Part shown: positions 19,439 through 28,458 of the stretch, one piece after another
Layout of the letters: every line of letters starts with the position of its first letter
How positions within the stretch are numbered: the stretch's first letter is position 1
Assembly: GCA_964402965.1 (NCBI GenBank)
Contig: CAYODY010000001.1
Coordinates: forward strand, 5,724-69,723
DNA from: an uncultured Candidatus Saccharibacteria bacterium
GTDB taxonomy: Bacteria > Patescibacteriota > Doudnabacteria > UBA920
Length of the DNA stretch: 64,000 bases
Direction of reading: 5' to 3'
Translations under genes and position numbers: made by a program
The notes under the pieces: generated by a model
Database searches by the model: none
Told to the model about the DNA's origin: nothing
The model's input: only the letters and a program-made list of their open reading frames with translations

Positions 19439-19795
19439 ATGACAGAAATACCAAAATTGCGTTCACTCCAAGAGTTACGCTTGATGGTAAGACGTGTTAT
19501 GTTGGAATCTGAAAAAATAGTTGGCAATAAGCCAAATGAGCTTAGGCTTAAACCAATGAAGTCGCAGTGGGGAAGTTGCAGTAGTCGAGGAGTCATATCA
19601 ATCAATACAAAATTGATGTTTCTTCCAGATAGACTAGTTGCTTATGTTGTGCACCACGAAATGTGCCATTTGAAAGTAATGGCACATGACAGAAATTTTA
19701 AATTGTATGTAGAGGCAATGTTTCCGGATAGGTTGTTGCTAGATAAACAACTTCGTGGTTTTGGATATATTTTGCGTGCTGGGAAATTGGGGTAA
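19439..19795 (+). CDS. Short YgjP/DUF45-like metal-dependent hydrolase
   Basis: MKSQWGSCS and YVVHHEMCHL...H (HExxH) motifs. Confidence 0.85.
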   Translation: MTEIPKLRSLQELRLMVRRVMLESEKIVGNKPNELRLKPMKSQWGSCSSRGVISINTKLMFLPDRLVAYVVHHEMCHLKVMAHDRNFKLYVEAMFPDRLLLDKQLRGFGYILRAGKLG

Positions 19796-20299
19796 TTACT
19801 GGCTCACCGAGAACATAGTCATAACTGGAATACCTTTATTGGTCACAGCTTTATCTAGCGAGTCTGTGAATTTTTTATCTCCGTTGTCTTCACGAAGCAT
19901 GGCAATGTACTTGCTTCCTGCAACGAGCATAGCTTTAATTTCTAAATCTTGTTTACCACCTGTAGAAAGCAATCCGCTTGTGCCAATAATTTTTCCAGCT
20001 TTTCCTTTGGCATCTACTTCGTGGATTGTTATAAATCCAGCTTTACTTAGAAAAACGTTATCTATAGTAACTGAGTCACCTGCTAATTGAGTGCTAACTG
20101 CAACTGTATCTGTGGTTGGAGCAGGGATTGGAGTGTTTTCGTCGTTTGGTACATCACCAATTGGCTCGGTGATTTGATTAGTGTCATTTACAGTTAAGTC
20201 ATCGCTCTCTGGACCATAGTTTTTTTGAATATAAACGAAAAGTCCCGCACCAATTATAATGGCAATTATAATTAGCATGATCCAATGTTTTTGTTTCAT
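19796..20299 (-). CDS. Membrane-anchored hypothetical protein with small beta-rich domain
   Basis: N-terminal TM, Pro/Thr linker, and GFITIH...IIG...AMLREDNGD segment. Confidence 0.75.
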   Translation of the reverse strand: MKQKHWIMLIIIAIIIGAGLFVYIQKNYGPESDDLTVNDTNQITEPIGDVPNDENTPIPAPTTDTVAVSTQLAGDSVTIDNVFLSKAGFITIHEVDAKGKAGKIIGTSGLLSTGGKQDLEIKAMLVAGSKYIAMLREDNGDKKFTDSLDKAVTNKGIPVMTMFSVSQ

Positions 20300-20382
20300 T
20301 TTTTAGTAGTTAATTATATGAATATTATAGCATAATTTAGTGGTATATTGATAATATCATCTGCATCTTGTACAATGCGTTT

Positions 20383-20892
20383 ATGGGTGAAATATATCAA
20401 CCAAATCTGTATTCTGAACAAAGCTTAAATGAGCTACAGGAGGAAAAACGAATGGTAGAACCAATAACGCTTGAATCTGTTGGCGCGGCCATAGAAAGAA
20501 TCGGTTCAAAATCTGAGCCTGTTTTGGGCCAGCTAATCGCTAGAAAAGATTCTCGTGGGAAAACTATCTTTTTGTATTGGGGAGAGCTTGCTCCTGAAGT
20601 AGTAAAAAATCTAAAGTTGGATTCTGCTGTTTCAGCAATCCTTCTTGACGATGATCTGCAGGCAAAATGCCAAGAGTTCGCTTCTACCTATTTCGAGCAT
20701 GAAAGTTCGATTCACAAAACAGATGATATTCTCTCTACAGAGTATCTAAACGATCCAAAACCTTCACTCGTGCAAAATCAGCAAACAGAAGCTGAAATTA
20801 AAACGAGTGACGAACCTATTGGCAAGACGCCATCTGGTGAGCCTATGTACGCGCCAGATAAATACAATCCTGCCACAGGAAGATACGAATAG
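20383..20892 (+). CDS. Hypothetical acidic protein
   Basis: ORF with ATG 20383 lying 6 nt after TACAAT; followed by a terminator-like hairpin. Confidence 0.65.
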   Translation: MGEIYQPNLYSEQSLNELQEEKRMVEPITLESVGAAIERIGSKSEPVLGQLIARKDSRGKTIFLYWGELAPEVVKNLKLDSAVSAILLDDDLQAKCQEFASTYFEHESSIHKTDDILSTEYLNDPKPSLVQNQQTEAEIKTSDEPIGKTPSGEPMYAPDKYNPATGRYE

Positions 20893-20917
20893 TTTCATCA
20901 TAAAAGGAACAATAATT

Positions 20918-20949
20918 GACGGTAGCAAATTAAAGCACCGTCTCTTTTT
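20918..20949 (+). terminator. Probable terminator
   Basis: GACGGTaGC...GCACCGTC followed by TCTTTTT. Confidence 0.6.
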
Positions 20950-20965
20950 ATGTTAAAATACATTT

Positions 20966-22066
20966 ATGATTATCGGAATTGAAGCAGAACGAGCAAATAA
21001 CAAATACAAAACTGGCGTTGAGCACTATGTAAAAGAGCTAATTTTAGAGTTGGCAAAAATTGATTCTAAGAATCAATACATTTTGTACCTTCGAACTAAA
21101 CCAGAAGAATGGTTTTTAGCTTTACCTAAAAATTTTACTGTGAAAGTGCTGCCATTTCCAATTTTTTGGACCCAGCTTCGTTTAAGTTGGGAGATGTTGT
21201 GGAATGCTCCAGATGTATTGTTTGTTCCTGCATCTACTCTCCCTCTGATTCACCCAAAGAGTGTTTATACAGAACATGATGTTGCATGGATCTATTTTCC
21301 AGAAATTTTCACTTGGTACATGAGACAATTTCATAGAATTTTTTCAGCACTGGCACGAAATGGCGCTACAAAAATTATCTCAATTTCTGAGTCTACAAAA
21401 AAAGATTTAGTTGAGCACTATAAAATTAGTCCTGCGAAAATTGCAGTTGTGCAACATGGTTATACAAAGACACAAAATATACCAGACGAACTTTCTAAAG
21501 AGGTGGAAACAAAGTTGCCCTCGGAATATCTATTATTCCTTTCTACTTTACAACCACGAAAAAATCTTGAATTACTCATAGATGCGTTTCGTGAATTTAA
21601 AAATGAACATCCAGAATTTCCACATAAACTAGTAGTTGTTGGTCAACCAGGTTGGAAATTTGAATCAATCTTGAAAAAAATTGAAGAAAACAACGACATT
21701 GTAGTGTACTTGGGACGGATAGCAGATAACGACCGATGGCCTGTATATAAAAGAGCAAAACTCTTTATTCATCCAAGTTTGTACGAAGGTTTTGGTATGT
21801 GGATACTTGAAGCATTTGAGTGTGGTGTGCCTGTTGCGGTTTCTGGAACGTCTAGTTTGCCAGAAGTTGGAGGAAACGCTTCGTTGTATTTTGATCCGCA
21901 TAGTAAAGATGAAATGAAAGCAGTAATACTTCGTGTATTGCAAAATCCAGAGCTATCTCAAGAAATGATTGCTAAAGGTAAACAACAGCTTGCAAAATTT
22001 AGTTGGGAAAAGTGCGCTCAAGAAACATTGGCAGTTTTAGAAGAAGTCGGAAAAAAGGAAAAATAA
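20966..22066 (+). CDS. Glycosyltransferase family 4
   Basis: TGVEHY, STLQPRKN, PSLYEGFGM..LEA, SLPEVGG and FSWEKCA motifs. Confidence 0.93.
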   Translation: MIIGIEAERANNKYKTGVEHYVKELILELAKIDSKNQYILYLRTKPEEWFLALPKNFTVKVLPFPIFWTQLRLSWEMLWNAPDVLFVPASTLPLIHPKSVYTEHDVAWIYFPEIFTWYMRQFHRIFSALARNGATKIISISESTKKDLVEHYKISPAKIAVVQHGYTKTQNIPDELSKEVETKLPSEYLLFLSTLQPRKNLELLIDAFREFKNEHPEFPHKLVVVGQPGWKFESILKKIEENNDIVVYLGRIADNDRWPVYKRAKLFIHPSLYEGFGMWILEAFECGVPVAVSGTSSLPEVGGNASLYFDPHSKDEMKAVILRVLQNPELSQEMIAKGKQQLAKFSWEKCAQETLAVLEEVGKKEK

Positions 22067-22072
22067 AATAAT

Positions 22073-23788
22073 ATGACAACTCTGAAAAAAATATTTCCAA
22101 CAGAAGATGTAAATAAAATTATTGTCACGCTAACTGCTTGGCAGTTTTTAAGCGTAGCATTAATGGCAGTGGGTACGTGGCCGGCGTACGTTGCGATTAC
22201 TAATGCAATTTTGCTTTCAATTTTTATTCTGTTCGCAAAACCCTACCATAGTGTACTGTTGTTAACTCTTTCAATTCCGTTTTACATAATTTTGCCGAAT
22301 CCATATGTTGAAAATTTGCCAATGTGGCGCGTACTCTTTGTGTTGTTATTTGTGGTTTGGTTTGTACGGTTACTTTTTGCACAAAAAGAAAGACTTAAGC
22401 AGATTTTTGAAATCCAGCATTGGCACAAACATCGCTCAATATCATTTGCAAGAGCGCGCGTGATATTAACACAAAGCATTAAAAGAATTGATTCTAGATT
22501 TATGATCTGGGATAGAGCTTTTTTGCTGCTGTTTATTTTAGCAATGTGTTCTTTGATCTTTTCACGATTCCCAATACATGGGCTTAAGCAAATAATCTTT
22601 GTATTTAACATTTACTTACTCTATGTAGTAATTATTAATGTAGTTACAGACGAAACTAAACTGAAAGAACTAATTAAATATACTTTTTATTCCTTAGGGA
22701 TTATGTTAGCACTTGGTTATGTCCAGTATATTGGCACCTTGTTCGCTCTGCCTTACTATTTTTGGCAATACTGGGCAACGATGGTTTCAAGTTTGTACTA
22801 TGGTCAAAGTTTAGCAAGTGTTTTAATTTATTCTAATTCTTGGTTTTCTTCGGATGGTAGTGGGCAAGCGCTACGTATGTTTGGAGTTTTGCCAGATACT
22901 CACGCTTTTGGGGTCATTAGTATTTTCTTTTTGGCATTTCTTATACCTCTTAAGAATGCAATGTTTAATTCTTTCGACTGCCCACGGTTTTTAAAATGGC
23001 TTTGGTATGGGTTGGTAATTTTTGCAGGTTTTGGAGTTATGGCAAATGGTACGAGAGGTGTTTGGCTTTCGATGCTTGCTCCGTTAGCTTTGACTTTTTG
23101 GTTTTACTGGCGCAAGAGTTGGTCGAATGGTTTCAGAACATTTTTCAAAACTATGCTAATGGTGTACATGAGTATTATTGTGCTATTCGTAGTTTCTCCT
23201 TACATTTCTACAGGACTAAATTTTATTAGATCATACAACGTGGACGACAACTTTTTAAATCGTGCAAGCAGTATTTACGATCTATCAGAAAACTCAAATG
23301 CTGGTCGAATAGATATATGGAAAAATAGTGTTAAATTTTCAGCCATGCATCCGTTTGGAACAGGGTATGGGAATTTCATAACATCAATAGTTCAAGAAAT
23401 TCCTGAACAGTCATCTTTCGAAGATGTCTCTACAGAAAAAAACCTGCGATATAATTTACCTCAAGCTTTTGTAACAGCGCATAGTCTATATTTACAACTT
23501 CTAGTTGAGTTAGGTTTTGCTGGTTTGTTGTTATTTGCAGTTTTGCTAGTGCAATTCTTTGGAAAAGTTTCATCTTACTTAGAGTATGTGAAGAGTTCTC
23601 AGACCCAATTTACAAATTTAGTAATTAGTTTAAGTTTGGCTTTTGTGTGGATTTTAGCATATGGAGTTTTCGATCTAACAATTCTGAACGATCGAGTACT
23701 ACAGTATTTACTTATATCTATGGCAATTTGTGGACTTATCTTTGTAAAGTATCATATTCAACACACAGATACAAAGAAACATCATTAA
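22073..23788 (+). CDS. O-antigen ligase/polymerase family membrane protein
   Basis: Many TM segments; GTRGVW, SNAGRIDIW, HPFGTGYGNF and AHSLYLQLLVELGFAG motifs. Confidence 0.88.
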   Translation: MTTLKKIFPTEDVNKIIVTLTAWQFLSVALMAVGTWPAYVAITNAILLSIFILFAKPYHSVLLLTLSIPFYIILPNPYVENLPMWRVLFVLLFVVWFVRLLFAQKERLKQIFEIQHWHKHRSISFARARVILTQSIKRIDSRFMIWDRAFLLLFILAMCSLIFSRFPIHGLKQIIFVFNIYLLYVVIINVVTDETKLKELIKYTFYSLGIMLALGYVQYIGTLFALPYYFWQYWATMVSSLYYGQSLASVLIYSNSWFSSDGSGQALRMFGVLPDTHAFGVISIFFLAFLIPLKNAMFNSFDCPRFLKWLWYGLVIFAGFGVMANGTRGVWLSMLAPLALTFWFYWRKSWSNGFRTFFKTMLMVYMSIIVLFVVSPYISTGLNFIRSYNVDDNFLNRASSIYDLSENSNAGRIDIWKNSVKFSAMHPFGTGYGNFITSIVQEIPEQSSFEDVSTEKNLRYNLPQAFVTAHSLYLQLLVELGFAGLLLFAVLLVQFFGKVSSYLEYVKSSQTQFTNLVISLSLAFVWILAYGVFDLTILNDRVLQYLLISMAICGLIFVKYHIQHTDTKKHH

Positions 23789-23850
23789 AAAGAATGATAT
23801 ACTAACTAAGTAATATAATTTCAGAACAGCTCAATTTTAAATAAACCTAT

Positions 23851-25143
23851 ATGAATGAAAATTTAGAAAACAATAATTTCGACAAAGTAACAGGGACACA
23901 GCCAGCTCCGAATATTCAGCCAAAAGAACCAAAGCACTACAAACGGTGGATTTTGGGAATTTTGATTATTTTCTTGGTAGTAGGTGGTTCGTTTCGTTTA
24001 GGCTATGTTTCTGGATCTAAAGGCTACACCGTAGACGCGAAAAAGTTTCTTGTTGTAAATAAAGCCGATGCTCCTCAAAAAGTAGATTACGATTTGTTAT
24101 GGCAAGCATTAAAAATAGTTCAAGATAAATACATAGATAAAGAAAATATTGACCAAACAAAAGTTTTGTATGGAGCAATTCATGGTGCAATTTCTGCCGC
24201 TGGGGATCAGTACACAGAATTTTTTGATCCAGAAAGCTATGCTGGGTTTAAGCGTGATTTGCAAGGCAGTTTTTCTGGTATTGGTGCAGAAATTACCGCA
24301 GTAGATGGTAACATTCAAGTTGTTGCTCCACTAGACGGGAGTCCTGCGCAACAATCTGGTATTCGAGCCAAAGATTACATTTTAAAAATTGATGATGTCT
24401 CAACGGGAGGCATGACTAGTGCAGATGCAGCAGAGAAAATTCGTGGTCCAGAAGGCACACAGGTAAAATTAAATATTATTCGCGAAGGACTAACAGCACC
24501 TATCGATATAACAATTACGCGTGCAAAGATTGAAATTAAGAGTGTAAAACTTGAGTACAAAGAATACCAAGGAAAATATATTGCTGTTGTCTCTATTTTA
24601 CGTTTTGGTGATGATACAAAAGATTTATTTAACTCAGCTGTACAGGACATAGTAAAGAAAAATCCAGCAGGAATTGTTTTGGATTTACGTAACGATCCAG
24701 GTGGATACCTAGAAACTTCTGTTGATGTTGCATCAAAGTGGTTAGAAAAAGGCAAGCTAATTGTGAGCGAAGAACATAGTTCTGGTGAAAACATTACATA
24801 CAACTCAAGTGGCGATAATCGTTTGGGAAATATTAAAACAGTAATTTTGGTAAATGGGGGTAGTGCTTCAGCGTCGGAAATTCTTGCAGGAGCACTAAAA
24901 GACAATGGCAAAGCAGTGTTAATTGGTGAAAAGACTTTTGGTAAGGGAAGCGTGCAAGAACTTGTACCGCTAGGAACGGACATGGCGGTAAAAGTAACAA
25001 TTGCAAAATGGATAACTCCAAGCGGGAAGAACCTTAACAAGAATGGCTTAGACCCAGACATTAAAGTACTGTTAACATCGGCAGATATTGATGCAAAAAA
25101 AGATCCACAAATGGATACAGCATTGCAGGAAGTTGTAAAATAA
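23851..25143 (+). CDS. ctpA: Carboxyl-terminal processing protease (S41, PDZ)
   Basis: GIGA PDZ, LDLRNDPGG, SASASEI and TFGKGSVQ motifs. Confidence 0.93.
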   Translation: MNENLENNNFDKVTGTQPAPNIQPKEPKHYKRWILGILIIFLVVGGSFRLGYVSGSKGYTVDAKKFLVVNKADAPQKVDYDLLWQALKIVQDKYIDKENIDQTKVLYGAIHGAISAAGDQYTEFFDPESYAGFKRDLQGSFSGIGAEITAVDGNIQVVAPLDGSPAQQSGIRAKDYILKIDDVSTGGMTSADAAEKIRGPEGTQVKLNIIREGLTAPIDITITRAKIEIKSVKLEYKEYQGKYIAVVSILRFGDDTKDLFNSAVQDIVKKNPAGIVLDLRNDPGGYLETSVDVASKWLEKGKLIVSEEHSSGENITYNSSGDNRLGNIKTVILVNGGSASASEILAGALKDNGKAVLIGEKTFGKGSVQELVPLGTDMAVKVTIAKWITPSGKNLNKNGLDPDIKVLLTSADIDAKKDPQMDTALQEVVK

Positions 25144-25240
25144 TTCCAGAAAATTTTTAGCAGATTAAGTAAAGAGCGTTAAGTACAAAGCCCAGAGTTG
25201 ACTCTGGGCTTTAATACAGAACGGTGCTATAAGCGTAAGG

Positions 25241-25267
25241 TCGAAAGATCTTCACGCTTTTCTTTTT
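25241..25267 (+). terminator. Terminator-like hairpin with GAAA tetraloop
   Basis: AAGCGTAAGGTC-GAAA-GATCTTCACGCTT followed by TTCTTTTT. The hairpin begins at 25231. Confidence 0.6.
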
Positions 25268-25307
25268 ACCTCAATTTTTGCTAGAATTACAAGGTAAACA
25301 ATATTTT

Positions 25308-27092
25308 ATGAATAAAATCACTGCTCAAGAGTTACGCACAAAATGGCTCGAATTTTTTAAAGAAAAGAACCATACTATTATTCCTTCAGCTTCCTTAGTC
25401 CCAGAGAACGACCCCTCTGTTCTTTTTACAATGGCTGGAATGTTCCCGCTGGTTCCGTATCTAATGGGACAAGAGCACCCAGGTGGTAAACGTGTTGCGA
25501 ATGTTCAAAAATGTATTCGTACTATCGACATTGATGATGTTGGCGACAACACTCATCTTACTTTTTTTGAAATGATGGGTAACTGGTCATTTGGTGATTA
25601 TTTCAAAAAAGAAGCAATCGAATGGAGTTATGAATTTCTAACTTCCGAGAAGTGGTTAAACATTCCATTGGAACGTTTGGCATTCTCTGTTTTTGCAGGC
25701 GATGAAACTGCTCCATTTGATGATGAAAGTTATGAACACTGGAAACGTTTGGGTGTACCAGAAGCGCGCATTGCGAAGCTTCCGAAAGAAGACAACTGGT
25801 GGATTGCAGGAACAACTGGACCTTGTGGTCCAGACACAGAAATGTTTTTTTGGATAGACGACAGCACCCCTGCTCCTGCTAACTATCAAGAGACATATCA
25901 AGACAAGCGTTGGGTTGAAATTTGGAATGATGTCTTCATGCAATATGAGCAGAAAGCAGATGGTTCTCTAGTCCCATTGGCGAAACAAAATGTAGATACA
26001 GGTATGGGACTAGATCGTGTTATAGCAGTATTAAACGGTCACAAATCTGTCTACGATTCAGAATTTTTCCAAGGAATGTTTGAAGTGATTGGTCAAAGCC
26101 AATCTGTAATTAGTGGAGATGAAGTTCGTGAGTCCAGAATTATTGTGGATCACATTCGGGCCGCTGTATTTATGGCAGGCGATGGCGTGGAGCCATCTAA
26201 CAAAGAACGTGGATATATTCTGCGTCGACTACTTCGTCGTGCAATGGTGTATGCTCGTCGTTTGAATTTGCAAGAAAATTGGATGCAAGCACTAATAGGT
26301 AAGGTAATGGAAGAATATAGTCATGCATACCCTGAACTCGTGCAAAATTCAGAACGTATTTTCACAAATCTTCAAACTGAACAAGAAAAATTTGGTAAGA
26401 CTTTGGAAAAAGGACTTAAAGAGTTTGGAAAGATGTTCGAAAAACAAGGAAGTCTATCTGGAACAGATGCGTTTAACTTATATCAAACTTATGGTTTTCC
26501 TTTAGAGCTTACAGAAGAACTTGCTCAAGCATCTGGCCAAGAAGTAAACAAGGAAGAGTTCGAAGCTGGTTTTCGCGCTCATCAAGATCTTTCTCGAACA
26601 GCAAGCGCGGGAACTTTTAAAGGAGGTTTAGCAGATAATTCAGATGTCGTAGTTCGCTATCACACGGCTACTCATTTATTACAAAAGGCTTTGCGCACAG
26701 TTTTGGGAGAAGATGTATGGCAAAAGGGTAGTAACATTACTGCTGAGCGTACACGCTTTGACTTTACATACCCACAAAAAATGACCGACGAACAGAAAAA
26801 AGAAGTGGAAGATTTGGTTAACAAATGGATTGCTCAAGATTTAGAAATGAAACAAGAAATGATGCCGTTAGAAAAAGCGCGCGAACTTGGAGCGATTGGA
26901 CTTTTCGGTGAAAAGTATGCCGACATTGTTTCAATATATACAGCATCAGACAAGCGTACTGGCGAAGTTGTCTCTAGAGAATTTTGTGGTGGACCACATG
27001 TTGAACATACAAACTTAATTGGTAAATTCCGAATTGCGAAGGAAGAGGCGGTTTCTGCTGGAGTTCGTAGAATTAAAGGAGTTATTGAGTAG
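25308..27092 (+). CDS. alaS: Alanine--tRNA ligase (short form without C-Ala domain)
   Basis: LFTMAGM, HLTFFEMMGN, GPCGP, VDTGMG motifs; editing motifs HTATH and CGGPH. Start revised to ATG 25308. Confidence 0.96.
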   Translation: MNKITAQELRTKWLEFFKEKNHTIIPSASLVPENDPSVLFTMAGMFPLVPYLMGQEHPGGKRVANVQKCIRTIDIDDVGDNTHLTFFEMMGNWSFGDYFKKEAIEWSYEFLTSEKWLNIPLERLAFSVFAGDETAPFDDESYEHWKRLGVPEARIAKLPKEDNWWIAGTTGPCGPDTEMFFWIDDSTPAPANYQETYQDKRWVEIWNDVFMQYEQKADGSLVPLAKQNVDTGMGLDRVIAVLNGHKSVYDSEFFQGMFEVIGQSQSVISGDEVRESRIIVDHIRAAVFMAGDGVEPSNKERGYILRRLLRRAMVYARRLNLQENWMQALIGKVMEEYSHAYPELVQNSERIFTNLQTEQEKFGKTLEKGLKEFGKMFEKQGSLSGTDAFNLYQTYGFPLELTEELAQASGQEVNKEEFEAGFRAHQDLSRTASAGTFKGGLADNSDVVVRYHTATHLLQKALRTVLGEDVWQKGSNITAERTRFDFTYPQKMTDEQKKEVEDLVNKWIAQDLEMKQEMMPLEKARELGAIGLFGEKYADIVSIYTASDKRTGEVVSREFCGGPHVEHTNLIGKFRIAKEEAVSAGVRRIKGVIE

Positions 27093-27161
27093 TTCTATAG
27101 AAGAGTAGTTCAATAGAATTTGTCTGCGTATTTGCAATCAAAATAAAATTTCGAAAACAAA

Positions 27162-28328
27162 ATGAAAATAGAATTCCATAATTGCCCTGCACCACAAAAG
27201 TTTGAAACTTCATTGCTTCCAGACAAGCCGGCGTTTTTATCTTACTCGCCAAACTTTGAGTTAATGGCAGAATTAGCAGAAGAATTTAGTAAATACAAGA
27301 ATCTATTATTAATTGGTCATGGTGGCAGTATTTCAAGTTTTTATGGAATATATAGCGCTCTTAAAGAGCAATCTTTGAAAGATGTATACTTTTTAAGTAC
27401 TGTGGATCCTGATGCAATCTGCGAGCTAAAGAAAACTTTAACACCTGACAATACACTAGTAATAGCAATTAGCAAATCTGGAGAAACAGTCACGCAAATA
27501 GAAGCACTGATGCAATTTGCGAATTTTCCAATAGTTGCAGTAACAGGTTTAATGGGACCTTTGTATGAAATTGCATCCAACCTAGGTGCAAAAATTGTAG
27601 CGCATCCAGCAATTGGTGGAAGATATACTGGGCTTACAGAAGTTGCTTTGTTGCCAGCAACTCTTTGTGGCTTTGATGTCGAAACAATTTTTAAGTCTGC
27701 GCAAAAAGTTTATCAGACTTTCAACAAAACAAACGACGCATTTAATTCAGCAAGTATATTTTACCAATTAGAAGAAAAAGGTTTCGTAGATGTGTTTATG
27801 CCTGTTTATGATGAACATCTTTTTCCTTTCACAAGTTTAATTGTTCAACTTTGCCATGAAAGTTTTGGTAAAGATGGTGAAGGTCAAACGTATTTTGCTC
27901 ACCAAGCTCCAGAATCACAACATCACACCAACCAACGTTTTTTTGGTGGACGTAAAAATATTGCAGGGTTTTTCTTAGCGACAGAAAAACCTCTTCACGA
28001 TTTAACAACTACAATTCCAGACAACGCCAAAGCGCTATCCTTTAAAGAAAGTACTTTAGGAGTTTTGGACGGTATTCCTCTTTCAGTTTCACTTAGTTCA
28101 GAACTTAATGGAACTTTGGAAGATGCTAAACTAAAAAATATCCCTGTAGCTATTCAACAAATTTCTCACAGAACAGCAAGTGAAATGGGGGAGTTGCTAG
28201 CTTTTTGGCAACTTTACGCAGTTTACAGTTCATTACTACGAAACGTAGATCCTTTCGACCAGCCTCAAGTGGAATCTTCAAAAAAAATATCTTTTGATAA
28301 GCGACTGCAGTACAAAGGTAAGTTATAG
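27162..28328 (+). CDS. pgi: Glucose-6-phosphate isomerase-like SIS protein
   Basis: IGHGGS, ISKSGETV, IGGRY, QLCHESFGK and DPFDQPQVE..K motifs. Confidence 0.85.
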   Translation: MKIEFHNCPAPQKFETSLLPDKPAFLSYSPNFELMAELAEEFSKYKNLLLIGHGGSISSFYGIYSALKEQSLKDVYFLSTVDPDAICELKKTLTPDNTLVIAISKSGETVTQIEALMQFANFPIVAVTGLMGPLYEIASNLGAKIVAHPAIGGRYTGLTEVALLPATLCGFDVETIFKSAQKVYQTFNKTNDAFNSASIFYQLEEKGFVDVFMPVYDEHLFPFTSLIVQLCHESFGKDGEGQTYFAHQAPESQHHTNQRFFGGRKNIAGFFLATEKPLHDLTTTIPDNAKALSFKESTLGVLDGIPLSVSLSSELNGTLEDAKLKNIPVAIQQISHRTASEMGELLAFWQLYAVYSSLLRNVDPFDQPQVESSKKISFDKRLQYKGKL

Positions 28329-28458
28329 AAAGAACTTTTCAAGGCATTGCGGTATCTTGAGAAAATCTTTAGAATAAATATAGATACAGACTAGAAACCC
28401 TTAAATATAAGGGTTTTTTGAACCGATTTGAATCAATTCGAGGAAACTTCTAGAAATT

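Noticed and set aside
24375-25061. 228-aa antisense ORF in ctpA and the many other short overlapping ORFs in the track
   Set aside because: These are shadow ORFs opposite or inside well-supported genes, with no motifs or expression signals.
25144-25307. T-box riboswitch upstream of alaS
   Set aside because: There is no UGGNACC T-box motif, the region is too short, and alaS has its own nearby -10 (TGcTAGAAT).
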